64,000 nt of DNA from Occultella glacieicola. GTDB taxonomy: Bacteria > Actinomycetota > Actinomycetes > Actinomycetales > Beutenbergiaceae. The number at the start of each line of letters is the position of its first letter. The stretch's first letter is position 1. Shown here one piece after another: positions 56,984 to 64,000 of the stretch. A program made the translations under genes and the position numbers. Below the pieces are notes generated by a model that was given only the letters and a program-made list of their open reading frames with translations, had not been told where the DNA came from and searched no databases. The stretch covers positions 1-64,000 of the forward strand of contig NZ_SMNA01000007.1 in assembly GCF_004353825.1 (NCBI RefSeq), written 5' to 3'.

Positions 56984-57044
56984 GCCCCCCAGCCCGCGCG
57001 GGCCGGCGCGGGCTCCGCGCGCCGCCGCCGCAGCGCCTCATCCG

Positions 57045-57122
57045 CCGCTGAGTTAGCACCTGTCGCCGTGAGCTCGCACCTCGGCGGGTCCGATCTCAGG
57101 GCGGCGGGTGCGATGTCAGCGG
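57045..57122. repeat. 28-bp imperfect inverted repeat (REP-like or terminator) between convergent genes
   Basis: 57045-57072 pairs with 57095-57122, with 4 mismatches and 2 G:U pairs. Confidence 0.6.
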
Positions 57123-57170
57123 GGGAGATGGTGAGTCGGCCTGGCGGAGGCGTGCGGGCCGGTCGGGCGA

Positions 57171-58943
57171 TCAGCGACAGAGCGTGTCGGTGGAGCCGGC
57201 TTCCAGGCCGGTCTCGATGAGGGCGTAGCCCACGACGGCGTAGCACTCGCCGGTCGCGTCCGGGTCGAGGCCCTCGACGACGAACTCGTCCGCGTCGGGC
57301 GTGAGTTGGCGGAGCACGGTGGGAGGCGAGCCGTCGGCCGGGACGCTCACGACGAGGAGGTAGTCGACCTCGGTCGCGGGCGGAGCCCAGGTGAGGAGCA
57401 CCGACGTGCCCTGCGGGGTGAGCACGGCGTTGACCGGTGCCAGGTCGGGGTTGCCGACGGTGGGTTGCGGCGGCGCGTCACCCGTCTGGACGTCGGTCGG
57501 GTCCACCGGCACCACCGCGTCGGTCTCCGTCGGCGTCGGGTCCGGTTCCTCCTCGCCGCCGAGCAGCGCGGACCCGATTCCGAATGCCGCGCCGACCAGC
57601 AGCGCGCCGCCGACGAACGCCACGATCCGGCGCCAAGTGGTCCCGGACCCACCGCCGGGTTCGGCGGGGGCGGCGTCGGGTGCCGCGGGCTCCGGATCCG
57701 GAGCCAGGCCGGTGGCGTCGTCGTCGACGGGGGTGGGCACCGGCTGGCGCTGGACGTGGGCGAGCACGGACGGGGCGAGTGGGGACGGCTGCGGCGCGGG
57801 CTCGGGCATCGCACCGGGCGAGGCGGCCATCGGGGCCTCTGCAGCGGACACGGCCGAGACGGCCGGTGACGAGGACTCACCGGCTGCGGTCGCCGGTGCT
57901 GCTGCGGCTCCCGCGGCCGTGACCGGCGCAGGGGTGGTGGACGACGTTGCCCCGGCCGCCGCCCCGGCCGACTCCGGATCCCAGGACCGGTCCTCGGTCC
58001 GGATCGAGCGCAGTCGCTCCAGCGCTTGTGCGGCAGTGGGGCGCCGCTCGGGGTCGGGGTGCAGGCCGGCCTCGATCAGGTCGTGCAACCCCGCGGGCAG
58101 GTCGCCCGAGTCCAGTGGGCGGCGCGCCCCGGTGCGGACCCGGCGCAGGTAGGACAACGCCGTGTCGTCGTGGGGGTCGAGCGCGGCGAACGGGGCGCGG
58201 CCGTCGAGGAGCGTGAACAGGGTGGAGCCGAGCGACCAGACGTCGTCCGCCTCGGTCGGGGACACGCCGTCGAGCACCTGGGGCGAGGCGTGCCGGTAGC
58301 TGAACCGCTCCACGGACGCGGTGTGACCGGCATCCGCCATCCGCGCGATCCCGAAGTCGCTGAGCACGTAGGACGTGGGCAGCAGCAGGACGTTCTGCGG
58401 CTTGACGTCCCGGTGCAGCACCCCGCGGGCGTGCGCGAACGCGAGGGCGTCGGCCACCGCGGTGCCGGCGGCCACCACCTCCGAGACCGGCAGCGCGCCG
58501 TGCGCACGGACCCGGTCGTGCAGCGAGCCGAGGTCGTGGAAGTCCATGATCAGGCAGGGGTCGCCCGCGGACGTCGTGGTGGTGTCCAGCACGTTCACGA
58601 TGTGTGGATGCTGGCGGCCCAGCGACACGGTGATCGCGAGTTCCCGCTCGAACCGGGCCGCCGCCGACGGCTCCGCGGTGATCACCTTGATCGCGACGTC
58701 CCGGTCGAGGCTGTCCTGGCGAGCCCGGTACACGACGCTGTCCCCGCCGGTCGCGACCTTGACCAGGTGGGAGTAGCCCGCGACGGACACGGAGACCGCT
58801 CCATCCGCGCCGTGGCCGGGCGGCTCACCGCGGGGACTCGTCGCGTCGTTCGGGCCCGCCGGGCCGGGCCGGCGGCCGGACAGCGCGCCCACAGCCTCCG
58901 CGAGCGGGCGTGGGGCCGCTGGTGCCCAGTCGTCATCGGACAC
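57171..58943 (-). CDS. Membrane Hanks-type Ser/Thr kinase with an extracellular FN3-like domain
   Basis: VAIK, HRDVKPQN, DFG, DVWSLG, TM segment, LAPVNAV-LTWAPP. Confidence 0.92.
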   Translation of the reverse strand: MSDDDWAPAAPRPLAEAVGALSGRRPGPAGPNDATSPRGEPPGHGADGAVSVSVAGYSHLVKVATGGDSVVYRARQDSLDRDVAIKVITAEPSAAARFERELAITVSLGRQHPHIVNVLDTTTTSAGDPCLIMDFHDLGSLHDRVRAHGALPVSEVVAAGTAVADALAFAHARGVLHRDVKPQNVLLLPTSYVLSDFGIARMADAGHTASVERFSYRHASPQVLDGVSPTEADDVWSLGSTLFTLLDGRAPFAALDPHDDTALSYLRRVRTGARRPLDSGDLPAGLHDLIEAGLHPDPERRPTAAQALERLRSIRTEDRSWDPESAGAAAGATSSTTPAPVTAAGAAAAPATAAGESSSPAVSAVSAAEAPMAASPGAMPEPAPQPSPLAPSVLAHVQRQPVPTPVDDDATGLAPDPEPAAPDAAPAEPGGGSGTTWRRIVAFVGGALLVGAAFGIGSALLGGEEEPDPTPTETDAVVPVDPTDVQTGDAPPQPTVGNPDLAPVNAVLTPQGTSVLLTWAPPATEVDYLLVVSVPADGSPPTVLRQLTPDADEFVVEGLDPDATGECYAVVGYALIETGLEAGSTDTLCR

Positions 58944-58994
58944 GCGAACCCCCTCCCCGTTCCGGCGCCGCCGATCCCGGCGCACCTGGTTCCG

Positions 58995-59046
58995 AGGATA
59001 GGCGGTACGCCCCGAGCGCGAGGCGTGCCCGGCGGTGGAACGTTCC
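58995..59046 (-). promoter_or_regulatory. GGAAnnTTCC-ACC operator promoter (site 5)
   Basis: Minus strand GCGGAACGTTCC-ACCG, then TATCCT after 36 nt, upstream of the kinase. Confidence 0.75.
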
Positions 59047-59149
59047 GCAGGATCGCGCCGACAGGTCGCGCGTCGTCGGTGACGTCGCCAGGGCTCGTCG
59101 GTGCGGGGCAGGCCGGACGCCTTCTTGCGGGCCTTGTTACGGTGACCCG

Positions 59150-60085
59150 ATGGCGCGTCGTCCCCCGTCCCGGCCGTCCGAGTTCGTCGGGACGAGCCCC
59201 GACGAACGCATCCTGGCCTGGGTCTGCGACGCGCTCGGTCGTGAGGTTCGGGTCGCCGCGACCATCCCGTTGACCGGAGGCCTGTCGGAGGCGATGTTCC
59301 GTCTCGAGCTCACCGGCGCCGACGTTGCTGCCGTGGTACTCCGGCGCTGGCCGCACGACGGGGACTGGGAGCGCGACTCGGTACGCCGGGAAGCGACCGC
59401 GCTGGGACTGCTCGCCGGCAGCGGCGTCGGCGCCCCCGAACTGATCGCCAGCGACCCCGCGGGGGAGTCGACCGGTCGTCCCGCCAACCTGATGACCCAC
59501 CTGCCCGGTGCGGGAGAGCTGGATCCCGCCGACGTCGCGCGGTGGACCGGCGACCTGGCCGACCGGCTGGCGCTGGTCCACGACCAGCCGCGCGATCCGC
59601 GGCAGCAGACGAGCCCGAAGTGGGTCGACCTGGACGATGGGGACCGACGTGCCTGGCTGGCCGGCCTCCCCTACGGCGAGGAGGCACTCTCGCTCGCCGG
59701 TAGCGTCGGTGCGCCCGTGCGCGAGGTGTTCGGCCACGGCGACTACCAGCACTTCAACCTGCTGTGGTCCCGCGGGCGCCTCACCGGGGTGGTCGACTGG
59801 ACGATGAGTGGGGTGGCCGACGCCGGCCGGGATGTCGGCCACTGCGCACTCAACCTCGCCGTGCTGTACGGGCCGTCCCGGGCCTGGCGCTTCCTGGAGC
59901 GGTACGAGGCGATCACCGGGACCCGGGTCGACCGCGGCTGGCTGATCTCCGAACTGCTCGAGTTCTCCCCGGCCTGGCCGGAGTTCATACCCCGCCAGGT
60001 CGGCGGTCGCACTCCCGTCGACGGGGCCGGCATGCGCGGCCGCGTCGAGGAGCTGATCAGCAGGGTGCTGCGTTCCGCCGGCTGA
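59150..60085 (+). CDS. APH/choline-kinase-family phosphotransferase
   Basis: GGLS, HGDYQHFN and VVDW motifs. Confidence 0.85.
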   Translation: MARRPPSRPSEFVGTSPDERILAWVCDALGREVRVAATIPLTGGLSEAMFRLELTGADVAAVVLRRWPHDGDWERDSVRREATALGLLAGSGVGAPELIASDPAGESTGRPANLMTHLPGAGELDPADVARWTGDLADRLALVHDQPRDPRQQTSPKWVDLDDGDRRAWLAGLPYGEEALSLAGSVGAPVREVFGHGDYQHFNLLWSRGRLTGVVDWTMSGVADAGRDVGHCALNLAVLYGPSRAWRFLERYEAITGTRVDRGWLISELLEFSPAWPEFIPRQVGGRTPVDGAGMRGRVEELISRVLRSAG

Positions 60086-60173
60086 TCCTCCTCCCCAGCG
60101 GCCGACCCGAGCGACGCCGTCGCCCGCCGACGAGCCGAAGCCCGGCGGTCCGGCCCGCGGTCAGGCCTGGCGG

Positions 60174-60521
60174 TCAGGCCGGGTGGCCCGCCGGATCGGT
60201 CGCCGCGATCAGGTACCGGGCCGAGACCTCGGCGGCATCCGCCGTCGGGGCCTGCGCGGACCGCACCGCGAGATGCACGGACTGGGAGTCGCCGATGAGG
60301 TCGTCATCCGTGCGGATCTCAAGCCCCCAGGAACGGATCCGGGTGTGCTCGCCGCGGACCGCGTCCACGACCAGGACCAGGCGGCGGCCGTCGTCGAGGA
60401 ACGCCACGGGCACGGGCCGGCGCGGCAGGGTGGCCGCGTGGGCCAAGGCCCCGACGGCGTCCCGGACCGCCGCGATCGTGGGGTCGTCGGTATGGGTGGT
60501 GGTGTCGAACATGGTGGTCAT
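60174..60521 (-). CDS. Hypothetical protein
   Basis: RBS AAGGAG; plausible codon usage. Confidence 0.55.
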   Translation of the reverse strand: MTTMFDTTTHTDDPTIAAVRDAVGALAHAATLPRRPVPVAFLDDGRRLVLVVDAVRGEHTRIRSWGLEIRTDDDLIGDSQSVHLAVRSAQAPTADAAEVSARYLIAATDPAGHPA

Positions 60522-60771
60522 GCAGGTCTCCTTCGAGTCGTGGTCCGGCGGCACCCACGATGCGGCGCGGCGTTGTGCGCCGCCTGCCGCATATGCCACG
60601 GCGTACGACATCGGCGCCGCGCGTGGAATGTCGCGCTTGCTGCCGGGCGTACTCGCCGCGATCGCGGTGCCGGGAGCGCAGCCGTCTGCGGTGCGTTCTC
60701 TCCGGTCGAAGTGGTCAACCCTACCCGGCCCTGGAACATTCCCCGAATCGTGTCCCGCGCCGGGCCGGCGG

Positions 60772-61734
60772 TCAGTAGCCGGCGTCCTGGTCCACCACGT
60801 TCCGTAGCGGCTCCCCGGCCGTGTACCGGGTCAGGTTCTCGACCATGATGTCGAAGCCGCGCGCGCCGGTGCCGGGACTGGTGGCCCCGTTGTGCGGGGT
60901 GATGATGACGTTCTCGAGATCCCAGAACGGGCTCTCGGGCGGGAGCGGCTCCTCGGCGTGGGCGTCCAGCCCGGCGCCGGCGATGATGCCCTCGCGCAGC
61001 GCCGCCAGCAGGGCGTCGTCGTCGGCGATGCCGCCGCGGGAGAAGCAGATGTAGAACGCGGACGGCTTCATCGCGGCGAACTCGGCCGCCCCCAGGAGGC
61101 CGCGGGTGGAGGGTGTGTACGGGGCGGTCATCACCACGAAGTCGCTCTCGGCGAGCAGGTCGTGCAACTGCTCGACGGCGTAGATCCGGTCCACGTTGTC
61201 GGCGCCGCCCGGGCGGGGCGTGCGGGCCAGGCCGACCACGCGCATGTGGCAGGCCTTCGCCTTCGCGGCCAGATCCATGCCGCTGTGGCCGAGGCCGATG
61301 ATGCCGACCGTCGACCCGGCGAGCTCGCCGTGGGTGAACCGCTCCCAGCGGCGCTCGCGCTGGGCCGCGAGCCACCGGAGCGCGTCCCGGTTCAGCATCA
61401 GCATCAGCATCAGGGCGTGCTCGGCGAGTGGGACCGCGCCGTTCCCGGCCGCCGAGGTGATCGTCAGTCGTCGCTCGAGCACCTCCGGCGTGAGCAGCGC
61501 GTTCACCCCGGCCGCGGCGCCGTGCACCCAGTCCACGTTCGGGAACGGGTCCAGGTGGGCCGGCCCGCCGGCGCCGAGCACGGCCCGGACGTGCGCCGGG
61601 TCGAAGTCGGCGCCGCCCGCCGTCGGGTCGGAGTGTGGCGCGAACCAGAGCGGCCGGCCGGCAGCGGCTGTGACCAGCCGCTCGCGGCGCTCCGGACCGT
61701 GCTCGCCCAGCACGAGAATGGCCGTGTCCTGCAT
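60772..61734 (-). CDS. D-2-hydroxyacid dehydrogenase
   Basis: GIIGLGHSG, SRGG, AGLDA-EEPL and ITPH motifs. Confidence 0.9.
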   Translation of the reverse strand: MQDTAILVLGEHGPERRERLVTAAAGRPLWFAPHSDPTAGGADFDPAHVRAVLGAGGPAHLDPFPNVDWVHGAAAGVNALLTPEVLERRLTITSAAGNGAVPLAEHALMLMLMLNRDALRWLAAQRERRWERFTHGELAGSTVGIIGLGHSGMDLAAKAKACHMRVVGLARTPRPGGADNVDRIYAVEQLHDLLAESDFVVMTAPYTPSTRGLLGAAEFAAMKPSAFYICFSRGGIADDDALLAALREGIIAGAGLDAHAEEPLPPESPFWDLENVIITPHNGATSPGTGARGFDIMVENLTRYTAGEPLRNVVDQDAGY

Positions 61735-61736
61735 GC

Positions 61737-62642
61737 CTACCCCTTCAGTCCGGTGGTCGTGATGCCCCGGATCAGGTACTTCTGCGCGAACGCGAAGAAC
61801 GCCATGATCGGGATCAAGGAGAGTACCGACATCGCGAGCAGCATGCCGATCCCGCTGTTGGACTCGGCGTCGACCATGGAACTCAGGGCCACCGGCACCG
61901 TGAACACCGACTGGTCGGTCAGGTAGATCAGCGGCGTGAAGAAGTCGTTCCAGGTCCAGATGAACGTGAAGATCGTGGTGGTGACCAGGGCCGGGCGCAT
62001 CAGCGGGAAGATGACGTACCAGAACGTGCGGAACGGCCCGGCGCCGTCGATCGCGGCGGCCTGGTCGAGCTCGCGGGGGATGCCCCGGATGAACTGGACC
62101 ATCAGGAAGATGAAGAACGCGTCGGTGGCCAGGAACTTCGGCAGCACCAGCGGCACGAACGTGTTCACCAGGTCGAACTGGGAGAAGATGATGTACTGCG
62201 GGATCACCAGGACGTGCATCGGCAGCATCACCGAGACCAGCACGATCCCGAAGTAGGCGTTCCGGGCCTTGAAGGTGAGCCGGGCGAGGGCGTACGCGGT
62301 CAGTGAGCAGGAGAACAGGTTGCCCACGATCGAGCTGATCGTGACCACGAACGAGTTGCCGTAGAACACCCAGAACGGGCGGGTCAGCGAGTTCCAGCCG
62401 GCCACGAAGTTCTCCAGCGTGAGCTCCTCCGGGATGAGCGGACCGGTGAGGATCTCGCTCTCCGGGGTGAACGCGCTCGTGACCATCCACACCAACGGGT
62501 AGAGCATGAACGCGACGAAGACCAGGAGGCCGGCGTGCCTGGCGACGGAGCGGGCCCGCCGGCGCGGCCGGCGCCGGGGCGGGGCGCCGGCCGCGGGTCC
62601 GGTGGTGGGGGCGGTGGGCGCGACGAGGTGTGTGGTCATCAT
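61737..62642 (-). CDS. Carbohydrate ABC permease (MalG-type)
   Basis: ELDQAAAIDGA and WTWNDF motifs. Confidence 0.92.
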   Translation of the reverse strand: MMTTHLVAPTAPTTGPAAGAPPRRRPRRRARSVARHAGLLVFVAFMLYPLVWMVTSAFTPESEILTGPLIPEELTLENFVAGWNSLTRPFWVFYGNSFVVTISSIVGNLFSCSLTAYALARLTFKARNAYFGIVLVSVMLPMHVLVIPQYIIFSQFDLVNTFVPLVLPKFLATDAFFIFLMVQFIRGIPRELDQAAAIDGAGPFRTFWYVIFPLMRPALVTTTIFTFIWTWNDFFTPLIYLTDQSVFTVPVALSSMVDAESNSGIGMLLAMSVLSLIPIMAFFAFAQKYLIRGITTTGLKG

Positions 62643-63553
62643 CAGTCTCCGTAGAACACCCAGTACTTGGACAGCAGGAAGTGCAGCGCGGTCATCGCAC
62701 CGATGAAGACGAGCAGGACCCAGGCCAGCGCCGACGCGTAGCCCATGTCGAATGCGGTGAAGCCCTGCTGGTAGATGTACAGCGTGTAGAAGAGCGTCGA
62801 GTCCACTGGACCACCGGAGCCGCCGCTGACCACGTGCGCCTGCGTGAACGCCTGGAACGCCCCGATCGTCTGCAGGATGAGGTTGAAGAAGATGATCGGG
62901 GTCAGCAGCGGCACCGTGATGGAGCCGAACTGGCGTAGCACCGAGGCGCCGTCGACCCGGGCGGACTCGTACAGCTCCTCCGGGATCTGACGCAGGCCGG
63001 CCAGGAAGATCACCATCGGCGAGCCGAACGTCCACACGTTCAGGATCACGAGCGTCCCCAGGGCCGTCTGGGGGTTCTGCAGCCAGCTCGAGCCCTCGAT
63101 GCCGACCAGGGCGAGGGCCTGGTTGATCAGGCCCGCGTGGCCGAACAGTTCCCGCCAGAGCACCGCCACGGCGACGCTCGAACCCAGCAGCGAGGGCAGG
63201 TAGAACGCGCTCCGGTAGAACGTCAGCCCCCGCATGCCGCGGTCCAGGATCAGCGCGAGCAGCAGCGCGAACGCCAGCTGGAGCGGCACCGAGACCAGCA
63301 CGTAGGTGAGGGTGACCCGCACCGACTGCCAGAACCGGTCGTCGGCGAGCATCCGCTCGAAGTTCGCGATCCCGATGAACTCCGGGGTGGACAGGATGTT
63401 GTAGTCGGTGAACGCGAGATAGAGGGAGGCGAGGGTCGGCAGGGCGGTGATGCCGATCAGCCCCACCAGCCAGGGCAGCATGAAGACGTGGGCCGCTCGT
63501 CCCTGTCGGTTCAGGCGGCTCTTGCGCCGGTTCGGCGCGGTTGCGGTGGCCAT
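62642..63553 (-). CDS. Carbohydrate ABC permease (MalF-type)
   Basis: ELYESARVDGA and MGYASA motifs. Confidence 0.92.
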   Translation of the reverse strand: MATATAPNRRKSRLNRQGRAAHVFMLPWLVGLIGITALPTLASLYLAFTDYNILSTPEFIGIANFERMLADDRFWQSVRVTLTYVLVSVPLQLAFALLLALILDRGMRGLTFYRSAFYLPSLLGSSVAVAVLWRELFGHAGLINQALALVGIEGSSWLQNPQTALGTLVILNVWTFGSPMVIFLAGLRQIPEELYESARVDGASVLRQFGSITVPLLTPIIFFNLILQTIGAFQAFTQAHVVSGGSGGPVDSTLFYTLYIYQQGFTAFDMGYASALAWVLLVFIGAMTALHFLLSKYWVFYGD

Positions 63554-63577
63554 GGTCGAGTTCCGGTCCCCGGCCGT

Positions 63578-64000
63578 TCAGGCCGCGCGGTCGATGGCGG
63601 CCTGGAGCTCGTCGATCATGGCCGTCGCGGCGTCGATCGTGGTCGACTGCTCGAGGGCCACCTGCTCGGAGACCCGGGTGAGGATGGTGCGCCACGTGCT
63701 CGACCCGGCCGGCGCCTCGTAGCGCGGATTGCGCTCCAGGGCCCGGTCGTGGGCGACCGCGTCGAGCATCTGCTGCTCGTCCGGCGAGGCGAACTCGGTG
63801 ACCTCCTGCGCCACCCGGGGGTTGACCGGGGCGCCCATGGTCAGACCGGTGATCCGGAGGGTCTCGGTGTTGTTCACGCTGTAGTTCAGGAGGGTTCCGG
63901 CGGCCTCGAGGCTGCCCTCGTCGATCTCTCCGTAGACCGCCAGGCGTGGGGTGTAGAGGTAGGGGTGCCCGGGCGTCGCGTCCGCGGCCACCGGCATGTT
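63578..64000 (-). CDS. Sugar ABC substrate-binding protein, C-terminal part (truncated by the window edge)
   Basis: Lies upstream of the permeases; helical SBP-like tail. Confidence 0.65.
   Translation of the reverse strand, partial: NMPVAADATPGHPYLYTPRLAVYGEIDEGSLEAAGTLLNYSVNNTETLRITGLTMGAPVNPRVAQEVTEFASPDEQQMLDAVAHDRALERNPRYEAPAGSSTWRTILTRVSEQVALEQSTTIDAATAMIDELQAAIDRAA

Noticed and set aside
55577..60085. Eis and APH genes as an antibiotic-resistance island
   Set aside because: Both families are broad in actinobacteria, substrates cannot be inferred, and no mobility genes are present
60733..60742. GGAACATTCC as a further regulon site
   Set aside because: Lacks the ACC flank, the CTGG at +13 and a -10 at 36-37 nt
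607..63695. Many long alternative-frame or antisense ORFs (e.g. 2832-4574, 24868-26976, 39677-41659) and 5' extensions (41754, 44963, 15542, 25459, 32490)
   Set aside because: Shadow ORFs typical of high-GC DNA; they overlap motif-bearing genes, and better starts with an RBS or stop overlap exist

Overview
High-GC Actinomycetota DNA, probably Micrococcales (inferred from composition and gene content). The first ~23 kb and last ~5 kb are mostly housekeeping or accessory metabolism: ald, a CsoR/RicR-boxed Cu P1B-ATPase pair, arfB, an MFS/HAD operon next to a SARP regulator, a PoxB-type pyruvate oxidoreductase and a sugar ABC transporter. The main finding is a mosaic locus at ~23.2-59.0 kb that looks like a non-canonical type VII secretion-like system. 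It has four WXG100-like genes, an EssC-like ubiquitin-like/FHA/3xFtsK ATPase, a large beta-propeller/FN3 surface protein, MoxR, DUF58, a catalytically degenerate transglutaminase, a membrane Ser/Thr kinase, a probable FHA-HTH regulator and two patatins. None of the usual EccB/EccD/MycP or EsaA/EssA/EssB partners is recognisable in the window. Five dispersed promoters share a palindrome GGAAnnTTCC(ACC) sitting 36-37 nt before a -10 element, which ties the pieces into one probable regulon. The locus also carries an orphan Tdi1/GAD-like immunity gene with a toxin-tail remnant between 177-bp direct repeats. All calls come from motif reading only; no database searches were run.
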